Shown here piece after piece: positions 26,491 through 38,400 of a DNA stretch of 64,000 nucleotides. Every line of letters begins with the position of its first letter. Within the stretch, counting starts at the first letter, position 1. The DNA is from Paraspadella gotoi. Lineage: Eukaryota > Animalia > Chaetognatha. The notes under the pieces are model-generated. The model had not been told where the DNA came from and searched no databases. It was given only the letters and a program-made list of their open reading frames with translations. The DNA is taken from assembly GCA_051294375.1 (NCBI GenBank), contig CM119270.1, positions 5,340,152 to 5,404,151 of the forward strand. Direction: 5' to 3'. The position numbers and the translations under genes are program-made.

Positions 26491-28975
26491 TTAATTCCGC
26501 GAGAATGAGAATCCCTTGAAGTGATCGTCGACGCTTTCAGCAACGTTGGAGGCAAAAGACGTGGTCGGCGTCAAGTCGGTCGTCAAGTCGAGGAATTCCT
26601 TAGAAAAGTGTCGCGTGTCCTCCTCCGAATCTACGACGGGAACAAAGGGCGGCGTCATCTGTTTCCGGTAGACAGCATCCCAGTCCACTTCGCCAAACCA
26701 TGCCGCCGCGCAAATGTCCAAGTAGTCGCGCCCGTTACCATTCGAGTGACCAAGACGCAGTAACGGGTTCTTTTGCAGCAAGCCGTCGAGTAGTTCGCGG
26801 ACGGAAGGACGGAGATGGTCGGGGAAGGTAATGTCTCGGTGGCAAATCGAGTGAAAGAGTTGATCGTAATCCCCGGTCTTCGTTCGAAAGGGGAGTTTTC
26901 CTAAGATCATCTCGAATATGATGATGCCCAGAGCCCACCAATCTACGCCTTTCCCGTAAACGAGACCGCAGCCCGTTCCGCCACCGCGGGACACGCCGTT
27001 AAAAGAGCCGGGGACTTGGAGCATCTCGGGAGCTAGATATTCTGGGGTGCCGCAGAAGGTCATGTCTTTGCGAGGACGGCGCTTGCCTGTTGGAGACGTG
27101 GCAGCGGCGAGGGATTCTTCCCAGGCGCGGAGATCCTTGCAGAGTCCGAAGTCGGCGATCTTTATGTGGCCTTCGGCGTCTAGGAGAAGGTTCTCAAGCT
27201 TTAAGTCGCGGTAGATAAATTCGTTGGCGTGCAGATAGCTAAGGGAATAAAGATTAAATTTAATTACAGTAAAATATCATCGCAGGAGAATCAATTAATC
27301 TATTAATCTATTAATTCTAAAACATCCTAAGATAACAGAGCCTAAATTTCCTAGAATAAAGCTCTCGCTCCGCGAAAAGCAACTGACCCAACGGCGAGCA
27401 CGATCTCGGCGACGTAAAACTTGGTGTGTTCCTCCGAAAATCGCCGCCGCCGGAAAAGGTGAAAGTAAAGTTCACCGCCACGGACAAATTCGAGGACGAG
27501 ACAGAGGCGTGTCGCAGTCTGGAAAGAAGCGAAGCATTCGACGAGGAAAGGGTGGCGAAGAGACTTGAGCACCGCCGCTTCCGTCATCGTGTGAACTACT
27601 TCGCGTTTCTTGATTATCTCCCGCTTCTTGAGGACCTAACACGGGGAAATGAGTTATTTTTTTTAAATTTCTACCACAGACTTAAATCGGATTTTAGGGA
27701 AAATCGATAAATATAAAGATAAATATAAAAGAAGGTATCACTCGCTGTAAGTGTAACTAAAAAAAAAAAAAAAAATCCGGCTACCTTAATTGCGCAAAGC
27801 CTGCCTTGTTTTTTCTTGTCCCTGGAAAGAATGACTTTGCCGAAATTGCCTTTTCCCAAGACGGCGAGGAATTCAAAGTCGACAAAGGCGTCATCGTCTG
27901 ACAAAACGGAGCCGAATTTGGAGGAAAGCGACATCTCTTCCAGACGTCGGGCAAGCCGCTCAGGCGCCGCCTCCTCCGCCTCTGTTTCCGCACCGCGTCG
28001 CTTTTGGATCATCTCATCGTAGAGAGAAGCCACCAGCTCGAGTTTATTATCGATTAATGGAGACGCAGTCGTCGACGGCGGCGGAATAAGTTGAAAGACG
28101 GGCGCGCCTTGAGAGGACGACTGATCCCCGATCTGAAGGCCTCCATCAAGTTTATTCCTAGTCAACGCCGTCAATTGCGGCGAGGAAGCAACGGACAACA
28201 TTTTTTGGTCGCCTCCCAAATTGGTCATGTTGCCGACGGGGAAAGAGGACAGCCACTCCACGGACGGTTGAGTGCCCGTCGCGGCGGAAAGGGCGCCGAG
28301 GTGAGTCTCATGCACCGGCGGAGACAAGATAGTCACATTGGGTAAGTTTTCTTGGTTCGAAAGACAGATCGGCGGCAGGGTCGGCCCGCCGACAATCTTC
28401 TGAAAGTCGAGCTCCGTCCCCGGAGTCTGTGGCGGAGTCACGATGCAGTCCAAGGCGGCGGCGGCGGCAGCGGCGGCAGCGGCGGCGGCGCGGGGCAAAG
28501 CAATGGGTACAGGCATGGAAGGTTCTGAGCCGACCACAGTTGAAACGCGACTGGAAGACCTCGAAGAGTCGCAGGCGCTAGAAAATGGAGAAGGCGCGTG
28601 GGCGTCGGAAGGAAGACAAGGGGCGACATCGGGATCAGGGAGAGTTCGGGATCCAGAAGTTTTTCTCGGTTCGGAATGTTTGGAACAGTTTAAGAGTGGA
28701 GAGTCCCGTTCGGAGGCGGAGAAGCGGTTTGACGCAGGTGGGGGAGGCGTAGGCGGGCCGTCACCGTTCGAAGTTTTAGGGGCGCAGGAGGATGGTGACA
28801 TCGGGGCGTTATGAACGGCCGAGTCACCGGGGGAACTGGCGTCCTCATCCTTGGGCAACATGGAGGCGCTGATCTCTTGCCAACTATCATTGTACCAGTC
28901 GCTATCTCGAGCTCTTTCATAGTAACCGCGGCTGTGGCGATGCCGTTTTTTAATGCAGCCCAACAGGACGTCCAT
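26491..28975 (-). CDS. Akt: Akt/PKB-like AGC Ser/Thr kinase, 728 aa, no PH domain
   Basis: Exons 28975-27785, 27635-27388, 27238-26491 (GT-AG, phases 0 and 2). Motifs: LGKGNFGKV, AIKVLKK, EVVHTMTE, HPFL, GELYFHL, YRDLKLEN, DFGLCK, TFCGTPEYLAPE, VDWW, PPFVP, turn motif LTP and hydrophobic motif FKGFSF. Confidence 0.88.
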
Positions 28976-31900
28976 TATGGGGCCGGAGCGGTATGAAGGC
29001 GAATATTATTCACACTATGGAAAGGAAAGTCGGTCAAAAAGTAAAATTAAAAATTTCAGTTCGATGAAAAAGCAGTACCGAAACGGTTTGAAAAGGCGAC
29101 GAAATCTAACAGATAAATTGAATTAGATCTGCCGTAATATCCAAAAACAATTCACAAAAATCTAATCAAGTGTGCACGACTATTACCAGAGCTCATAACT
29201 ATATCAATATCAACCCTACCGTTCTTATAACGCCACAGAAATGTGTTTTTTTTTCGCAGGAAAACCGTCCAGAGAAGGCCGTGTAACGTAGGAGTAGGAC
29301 GCATTTTTAACCTCGATTTTTGTATCAAGAAAATATTTCAAAACGAGAATTAAATTAAAGGGAGACAACTTGATTGAGTAGCGCGAAAAAAAAAAAAAAA
29401 AAAAAAACAAATGATCAAATCACTAAAACTAAGCGTGCGCGAAAATACCAAAAAGGGCGATAAGATGAAGCTTGTACTTTGTAGTCGGTCATAAAAACGG
29501 AAAATGACCACGAACCTCGAAAATTGTAAGAAAACACAAACGAGCAGCAGCATCGGCGGCAGCTGCAGCGGCCACAGCAATTCAGCAGGGTCAGTCCGAA
29601 ACTCCAAATTTTGGACGGACCGACGGACGGAAGGTTAACCTTGAACTGTGAACACGTCGGGGAGACTAGTCCGTATTTCCTTCAAACATTTCAAGATAAA
29701 ATGAAAGGGAGAATGCGAGAGGGCGAAGCTCTGGAGAAAAAAAAAGGAGGATGAAAAAAGAAAGATAGAAACGATTTTGGAGATGAAACCCGTTTTATCC
29801 GCGGGCGGAGAAAGAAGAGAGAGACGCTGACCTCGATAATCGTCAGGACGACATCCACATTCCTCGGAGACGACGACGATGACGACGACGACGAAAATGA
29901 CCAGTTTTTCTCCTCCCGCCAAAGTAGGATTAAGAAAGATGCCTCGTTGCCCTACCTCTTTATAGCCGCCCGGCTGCCTCCATAATATAGCTGGCGGGCA
30001 CTCGGTTGGCTCTTTCGTTGTTGAAGAGGGGGATGGTCTGATTCGAAAGCGTTTCCGACATGTACCGCTTTCTTTAGTGTACATAATAGTCACTACATAT
30101 CTGCTTGTAAATCTATAAATGGTGTGTTAGTATTAAGTTTTCTCTGTTTCATATTTACACATATACGTAAAATACTAAATTTGTAACGTTTAAATAAATG
30201 TTCACTTTGTTGAATTACTACGTATACATTTACGTATACATATAGCAAATCATTTTATTATACATAAAAGTTTGTAGCTAGGCGTGATGAATTATTTTAA
30301 CTTAACCTTTCAATTTGAAAAACGAGACGAAATTTGAATAATTTTTATTAGTAAACGCATCCGTAATACCATTGATTAACCCGATCGTAAATTAACGCGA
30401 TAATAAATACTAAGAGAAGAGCGAGACGAGAAAAATGACAGTATGAAGAAAATGTGGTAGGGCTTATGGTTTCAGTTGTAGAGCTCAACTTGGGTCGACT
30501 TATTAGTCACTTATGGCGTTATAGAGTCCAATAGACAAGCTCTCTCGGTCGAGAGATAAAAAAAAGTTTTTAATATTCGTAATATCGGATGTGCAACTAA
30601 TGAGCTTGGGTGCGATTTATTTAATTCTTTTAAAGCTAACAAAACGAGTCACGAATTATTTTAACAAGGAATAAAAAAGACGGTTTGTTTTAGATTTCGT
30701 GTGGTTTTCAAATTCGTTTGGTGGGGGGGGAAGACAATCTTGCCTATTCCAAGTTCAATCAAAAGAAATATCTATGAAGTGTTGCCGAGCACCAAATGAG
30801 CGACATAATAGTATATCTATGAAGCGGAATTATTTAGATCCAGCCGCGAAAGGCACGCTTAATTATTAATTTACTTCGTCTCGGGCAACAAAGACTTTTT
30901 TTTCCTAGATGATTTAAACGGCGACAATTTCAGACACCATTTCAGTATTTAGTTAATCGGTGCATCGGTTTATTCTTTTAATTTTTTAATATTTTTACTT
31001 CTTTTAAGATTAAATCTTATTTTTGGAATATTTACTAAAATTAGTTGAAATTATAAAATTTATCAGATTATAATCAAATTAATTTAATGAATCCGAATAC
31101 AAAAGTGATATTTTATTTTCTTCTATTTTTTTACTTACTTTACTCTCTTATAATGACTAGACTGTAAAAGCATCTTTTCTTTGCTGCGCGATAAGCATCA
31201 AATATTTTGGCAAGATTGTGGTCCCTTGATTCTGGGTAGTGGTGGGCTCTAAGGCGAGATTTGTGGTGGCTGTTTAGGTGGGTTCGTGTCTCACTTTGGG
31301 GCGACATGAAAAATGACGTAATTTTTCCGTCGAAAAAGGGTCACACGTTGATGTGTACAGTTTTTCAAAGGGGGGGATTTCTCGCGCTCCTTGTTCTGAC
31401 ACTAATTACGAATAAGTAACAATTAATTTTATCAATTTTCATTTATCAGGAACGTAACAGGAAAACAAACATACAAATAGTATGCAAATATTGCATACGA
31501 TGATACGAGAAGGTCTTTTTTCAATTCGACATTCTCCCTGTATTTCTGCAAACCGTAGGAGGTAACACAACACAATTACGGGGTTTGTTATTTTTTCAGT
31601 TAAACGCGTTAACTTTCAACAAAATAGAATTTTTTTTATTTAAAAAAAAAATTGATTCATTCAAAACGCAGTCGGAGGAATGGCACTTTATCAAAGACTT
31701 TCGTAATTTTGAAAAAGAGAAACTGACGATAGACCGAGGAGTCGGACATATTGTTTGTATCAAGGGAAGGATCTTGAAAAGTGAGGAGAGGGGAAAGCAG
31801 TAACAATGAGCTACAGGGCAAAGCTGAGCAAAATAACCTAATGGGGTTTCGACAAATATTTTCATTCACTGTGTCTCTTAAGGATGAATCGATACGAAAT

Positions 31901-32436
31901 TTTTTTTTTTTTCCTTAGGCTTAGATGGTTGATTTAGTTAACCATCAATAATATATTTTTGAACTAAAAATTTCGATTTCAAGCTTTGAAAACGCGTTTT
32001 GTCTTAAAGCCGGAGCAGAAAACTATTTTCAGGGAAAACGATTGATAATTTAAATTGTATTGTCAAGTTTCAACTTACTTAAAACCTCTTGTTCTTAAAA
32101 TTTAAATCACAACAAATAAATTATCAATAAGATTAAAGCCATAATCGTTGTTAAAAAAAATTCTTAAATAATTCGTTGAAGAGATAATCAATATCGGTTT
32201 TAGAAAAAACTCCTAATTAATTTTTCAGGCGTTGTTTGGTTTGATTGGTTGGACTAATTTTATAACAAAATTTCCAAAAAAGTTTATTATCTAATTTAAC
32301 TAACTCTACGCAACGAAAAAATATTAGAAAAAAAAAAAATCTTAAAATCCATAACAAAAATAAACGGTAGTGAGCGGTGTTTTTACTATTTAATAAATAG
32401 TTTCGACACTGTTATGATTTTGTTTTTATCTTGTTG

Positions 32437-35400
32437 TCAGTCTGGAATGGGGCAAGGAATCTCTGTGACCTCGTTGGTGTCCACATCCGTGATCGTGATC
32501 TTTTCCACGGGAAGATCGTCGGCGTACTCCATGTCGAATCGCGTGCGGAAGGACGGCGCCGCGATGTCGCGCATGCGCCGTTGACGCTCGGGCGGCGGCG
32601 GAGAGCGAAGCGGTGTCGAGCGCAGCGGCGGCGGTCTGGATGGCGGGAAAATGCTTAAAGAGAGAGGAAAAAGGATGCGTTGTTAAAATGACGATCAAAG
32701 TCTTTTTTTTTTCTCGATGCTCTTTTTTTTTTCATATCCCGCGACCTCTTGAATTCTCTATGCGTCTGAACGTGTTGCATTATTGATTCGAGGAAGAAAG
32801 GGAGTTTTTCGCCTCATGACCCTTCGACAGAAAATCCGTAAAGACCCGACTGCCATTGAATTCAACAATGCGTGCTCTTCAGGACAAAATCTTTTTAGAT
32901 ATTTACAGCCTCAAACACTAATAATGAAGCATCGGGCCTCGTAAATATGCCTTTCCATAGCAAAAATTCATCCGACGTTGCTACTTATTGAAAGAATATA
33001 AGGAACTCACCTTTGACTCATAATCATCGCTTCCTGTTGTTGCTGCCTTCTCGCCGCGATGAGCGTCGTGCACAAATTGGGAAAAGAGTCTTTTCTCTTT
33101 CTCTCGATCTTTGCCTTCGCCAGTTGAGAATCTGAGCTGCTCAGACGACAACTCAGCGCGTCGACGCTGCGTCACGAAAAGGGGGAAAAATGGTCACGGG
33201 GAAAATATTTTCAAATTTCCGGTTGAAAACTTTTTTTTTTTGCTTCAAATCATTTCTATCACACTTTTTTTTAAGTAACTTAATCCTTCTATAATGAAAT
33301 TTGAAGCAAATTTTTTATTAGGCAATTGTGGTAATAGCCGGCACACAACAAACTTTTGTTAATTCGGTAAACAGAAAACATACCTCTGAAGAGACAGTAA
33401 TTATTGATAAGTGTTAATGACAGAACCGTTCAATATAAGCAGTCCCTGAGCTTCGATCAGGCTGTAACACCATGTTACAGGCGGGTTAAGCGCCCCGTCC
33501 CTCTTAACTGCCAGACGACCACCGGGCTAGAACCCCGGACCTTTGGGTTGGGAGGCGAATGACTTGCCTCCGGCACCAATGGCCTCTGATGAACGGTTGG
33601 TGGATTTTAGTCCACCATACATCCCCCCTCCCGTAGGGAGAAGTCTGTTGCGTCTCTTCTGTGAATTGTTGTTGTTGGTGGAAAGTTCGTCACCAAGTTG
33701 AGGCATGTCGCCTGATGTGTTGTGGGCGGAAAGTGCATCGCCAGGTTGAGGCATGTCGCCTGAAAGTGTTGTTGTTGCTGTTTGTGTTCGGAAGTCGGGC
33801 TCACCAATGAAGAGACAGTAATTATTGATAAGTGTTAATGACAGAACCGTTCAATATAAGCAGTCCCTGAGCTTCGGATCAGGCTGTAACACCATGTTAC
33901 AGGCGGGTTAAGCGCCCCGTCCCTCTTAACTGCCAGACGACCACCGGGCTAGAACCCCGACCTTTGGGTTGTGTTACGTAATAATGATCAATATATTACG
34001 AAATTCCAGCTTCTCTACCTTTTCCCCAACTGATCTTTTGTTCCCTTAACTAACGCAAGGAATTTCCGTTTTCTCTGGCGATCACAGCGACACCTGTAGT
34101 TTTCGATATGTATTTAAAGTATATACTTAAGTACAAAGTTTCCGAGGCAGTGCGTGCGGACCTCTTGATTGGTTGCCGCCGTTATCGATAGATCTCAGTC
34201 TGATTTCTATCGACGTGTAGCCTTTTCATACTTCACTTAGTCTACACTGCGTTTTTCTAGTTTTTAATAAGTTTTTCTACAATTCGCCAATATAGATATT
34301 TTCCCCTCTCGGAAACACGTTTTTTAATATAGTTTTTGTGATCGCTGGATTGGTGGACTTTCTTTGTGATAAGAGGCACGTTTTTACAATTCTGGCTTCA
34401 GAAACAAGTAAGAGATCTCTTAAAATTATATATATTTACTGAGTGGTGTATTAAATGTTTTGTTCCCTTTGTCCAGGAATTTCTAACTTTAGCTCCCGGC
34501 TTTTAGTAAGCTTCCGCTTTGCTCCGGCTTTTACTTCAAGGCTTTTTAAGCTTCAGAGAAGATCCTGGATTTTGCATCGACTTGATCGTCCGCCTTGGCG
34601 TCGACGATCATCTTTGCAGGACTTTGTCGTCAGCCATCTTGAGCTAGTGGACCGGTGCCATCGTCTCTTCTGCGCCATCTTCCTCGAATTCCTTCTACTT
34701 TGATAAGCGCAGAATTAAGTTCATGGAAAGTTACGAATCAAACGATGCCACCTCTACGACTTCAGTTCGTTTAACCATTAGAAATCTCCCGTTTGGCGAT
34801 CGCCTTAGTTCAAGCGTTTCGCGAAGTTTCTCCTAATCCCTCGGCGAATTTCTTCGTGGTTCACCGAGAAGAAATAACCACCAGCGTCGTGTCTCTGTTG
34901 CCGAACGAATCGACGTTTCCATCATCGAAGGAAACTAGCTATTCTTTCGACGGACGTAAGGGTCTAGCGTGCCTTTGTGTAACGACTTGCGACGAGGACC
35001 CCTCGAACTAGCGACGAGATCCGACGATCGTCTACGGGGTTATTACTTTCGTGGATAATTCCGGTCGCTCCTTCCTCGATACATTGCAGTGAAGATTGAA
35101 GTTCGTCTCAGATTGTTTTATTTCTTCAAACTTCCAGCGCCGACAGGCTGCAATACGTCGTCGTGAACTTTCTCGTGATTTCTACCGCCGCTACGATTCC
35201 ATCGGCGGCGACGAATAGTGATTTGAAGAAATAAGCGCCGCCAAGTGATCATTTAGCGTCGTCGAAGCTCGAGTGGTCGAAAACGCTTCTAAGGAATTTC
35301 CCTTTTTTGGCGTTTCTCGTTGACGTTACTGTTATCGTTTGTAAGAACGAAATCGGGCCTCGCTTAAGTTCAGTGAAAGAGAGAAATATCATACTTCGCG

Positions 35401-38400
35401 ACGTTTCGACAAACTATTTCCAGACCCCAATTACCTTCTCGAATATCTGACTAAGCCTTCTTTCAAAGCGGACATGGCTCATTTCCCTGCGAGCCGTACC
35501 CTCGGAATGCCAACGTCTTTCTTCCATGGCCTCAACGTCGAAGAAAGCGGTCGAGGCGCATCGGGTCCTCGTTTGACCGCCCAAGGCCACTCCGACGCAA
35601 GAAAACATCGCGGAAGCCAACGCGGATAGACACGTAGTGAAAGCGACTTACGAAACGCATCCGTTCTGCGATATCTAGAGCAGTTGGAACGACGAGGCGA
35701 TGGAAAGTTTTTGTCGGACTTCCTCAATCGCCTCCACAACAATCCTTGGCAGCGCCGCTTACTCGATTCGCGGGCCTAACCTTGAATGTCGAACGCGTGC
35801 CTCATGCGGTAGAAAGCATATCGGTCGACTGGACGCTCCCGTTTTCCGCCGCCAGCACGGATAACGCCGATGCCGGAGCTACCGAGATTCCCGCAAAAGG
35901 AACCAGTTCTTCGGCTGCAAACGATATCCCGACGACGGCTTCGTGCGTCCATATCCCGGCCGTTCTCGCCTCCCTCCGCCGTCCTCCTGAAGATGAAGTG
36001 GATGAAACACGTCCGTCTTGTTGTCCCGTCAGAACGTCAAACCGCGTCGTTGAGGAACAGCGCACATGAGGAAATAATATCATCCCAACGATATCTTTCG
36101 ACACGGCAGCAAGCGCCGGGACCATTGGAGGGCCCTTTAAGGTCCGGAAAGTGGAAACTGCCGCTGTAACCGGAACGAACCGAGAGCTCATAGCTTACGC
36201 TTCGGATATTAACGCCGCCAACAAGATCAACCAAAACGCGCTATAAACGAGAAGCTTCTCACGTCGGCGTCGAAGGAAGTGCGCCAGATTTTTCGGCTTA
36301 TCTTTTCGACTTCTTCATTGGAGTTGAGAATCGACTGAGAGAGATGACGTGAATGAGACGGAAGACGAACATACGTAACGTCCACCGCTGCGAATCGCGC
36401 AATTGCAGCGAGGACGGAAAGGAACGAGAAGAAGAAGATGAAGATTGCAAAAAGGTCAGCAGATCGAGCTTTTGGCGAAGCCGAGAGAGAACCTGATTAG
36501 TCGCCTGACGCCTGCTTTATCTACGCGAACGGCAAAACTGGGTCGAGGCTCAGACAGCTCCCCCGTTAGAGCCCTCTCTTCATCAGCTCGTAGCCCGGCC
36601 TTCAATTACCTCGACTCCCTCCGCCAGCTTACGACATAACGATTTCATCATCGTGATCGCCGGCTCGTCTCAACGAAGTCGCCACGCTGTGCGTCACCGC
36701 AAATGAAGTATAGCGGCGCGGTTTCATACGAAGCGGATCCTCGACGAAGGTGACGGCGGCGGGCGTGGGAGCGGGAGCCGATGACGCTACCGCCCTGTCG
36801 CCAATCCTCGATTGCAATCCACCAGCAACTTTTGGGTCAATCGCGACGTTCTAGAAGGGAACTTTGTGATCAAGGACAACGTCGTGAAGGCGGCGGAGAA
36901 GGAGGAGCGGTCACTTCTCGCCTCCCCCGCCAGTCGTTTCTACCGCGGCTTACTACCGCTGCGGCAAATGAACGCCGAAAGCGCCGGCTTTTAACCCCTC
37001 GAAGCGTGACGCCTCAAATTCGGCGGCGTCACACGCTTCACACGTTTCACGGCATCCGGCGGCCGCCATCTTCGACCCAGGCGCCGTCTGAAACGGGCCC
37101 TTCGACCGCTCAGTGCGATGGCGAACCGGGCTTTCTTGGAATTCAAGCCCAGACTCTCGCCTTCCAATGCTTGCAGCAGCAACGCCCAAAAGAACAAAGT
37201 CGACAAAAATGCGTCACGATTGGACTTTGAGCGTCAAACTTCGAGACTTTCAAAGTGAGCGTCTGTGCGTTGGAGGGCGCACACTGAATCTCCAATGAAG
37301 GTTGAAGAGCTACCCCACTTGGTCGATGGTCTTCCCAAGCGATCCGTGACCGTTCCATTACGCAAATCGACGCGTACCGCGGCTTTTGCGGACGCCCTCT
37401 CGTCCTCAGAAGAAGTGGGGGAATGAAGCGGACGACGGCAGATGAGATGATAGAAGAGATCCTGACGGGCCCCAAAACTCGATAGAAAGACTCAGCAGGT
37501 CACCATGCTTGTGATGTAACCATTGCAGCAGGTTTACGAATCTTGCCAGGAGACGACCGACTTGCGGACCTCGACCGGGCGGCCGTCAGCGGATCTCCTA
37601 TCCGAAAGCGGATGCCACAATTTAACAGAATAAGTGGGTCGAAAAAAAGTGTTGTTTAACAGACAGTATCACCATTGGAATGATGATCTTTCCTTTAGTG
37701 ATTTCTTGTCGTTTCTTGCCATTAACGCCAAGAGGTTCTCGACTTCTAGACCGCCGAGCGAAGACATCCAAAAACGCCGCGACGACGAGAAAAGCGAAGA
37801 CGACGCAAAGGTCAACGTGCGTCATGCGGGGAAAGTATCGAAGAAGAAGAAGCTTTCCGGTCGCCGCCGCCTTCCAGTTTCCATGCAAATGGCCGGAGCG
37901 GCCGTTTCAAAGCGGCGTCGTCGTCAGCGTCTACGCCGTCGAGAAGCTCCGGTGCCATGCCCACATTGCGAGGGGCGCCATTACCTGCGCAGGCTGTGAA
38001 TAAAGTTTTCAGCGATTTAAAGCCCGCCGATCGCCGCAAAGTTTGTCGCCTCCAGTCCCTCGCTGCTTCAAACTGCTTGGGAAAGCGGTCATCGGACGCT
38101 AATTGCCCTACAAAAGAGCGATGCTTTTTGGTAGCTGGAACATCATCCTGCTTCTTCTGTCGAACGTAGCGACCAACGTCAGAGGAAGCGGAGGCTTCAA
38201 AAAGCCCACTCAGGCAAAAACTGTTTCGACGAGCAGCGGAGAAATGGAAAAGTCCTGGACGCCGCCGCCGATAAGACGGATCAGACGTCGTGCGCACAAG
38301 ACCCGCGTGACTATGCTCCGAGTAGAGCGCCGGGCGGGGCACGTGTACCGCCCAGTGGTGCCAATCATCGATCGCGTTGGTCCGCGACGATTTCCCAAAC

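Noticed and set aside
28443-28814. Plus-strand ORF opposite the kinase exon (likewise 861-1223, 8317-8817, 26521-26763)
   Set aside because: Antisense shadows of GC-rich coding exons.
33510-33585. tRNA-Gly(CCC) gene on the minus strand
   Set aside because: A and B boxes are present but the arms are degenerate, and the sequence is duplicated as part of TG..CA LTRs with a PBS and PPT. It is element-derived, not a tRNA gene.
33586-33620. CTGATGA as a hammerhead core in the TRIM LTR
   Set aside because: No GAAA closes a stem II downstream.
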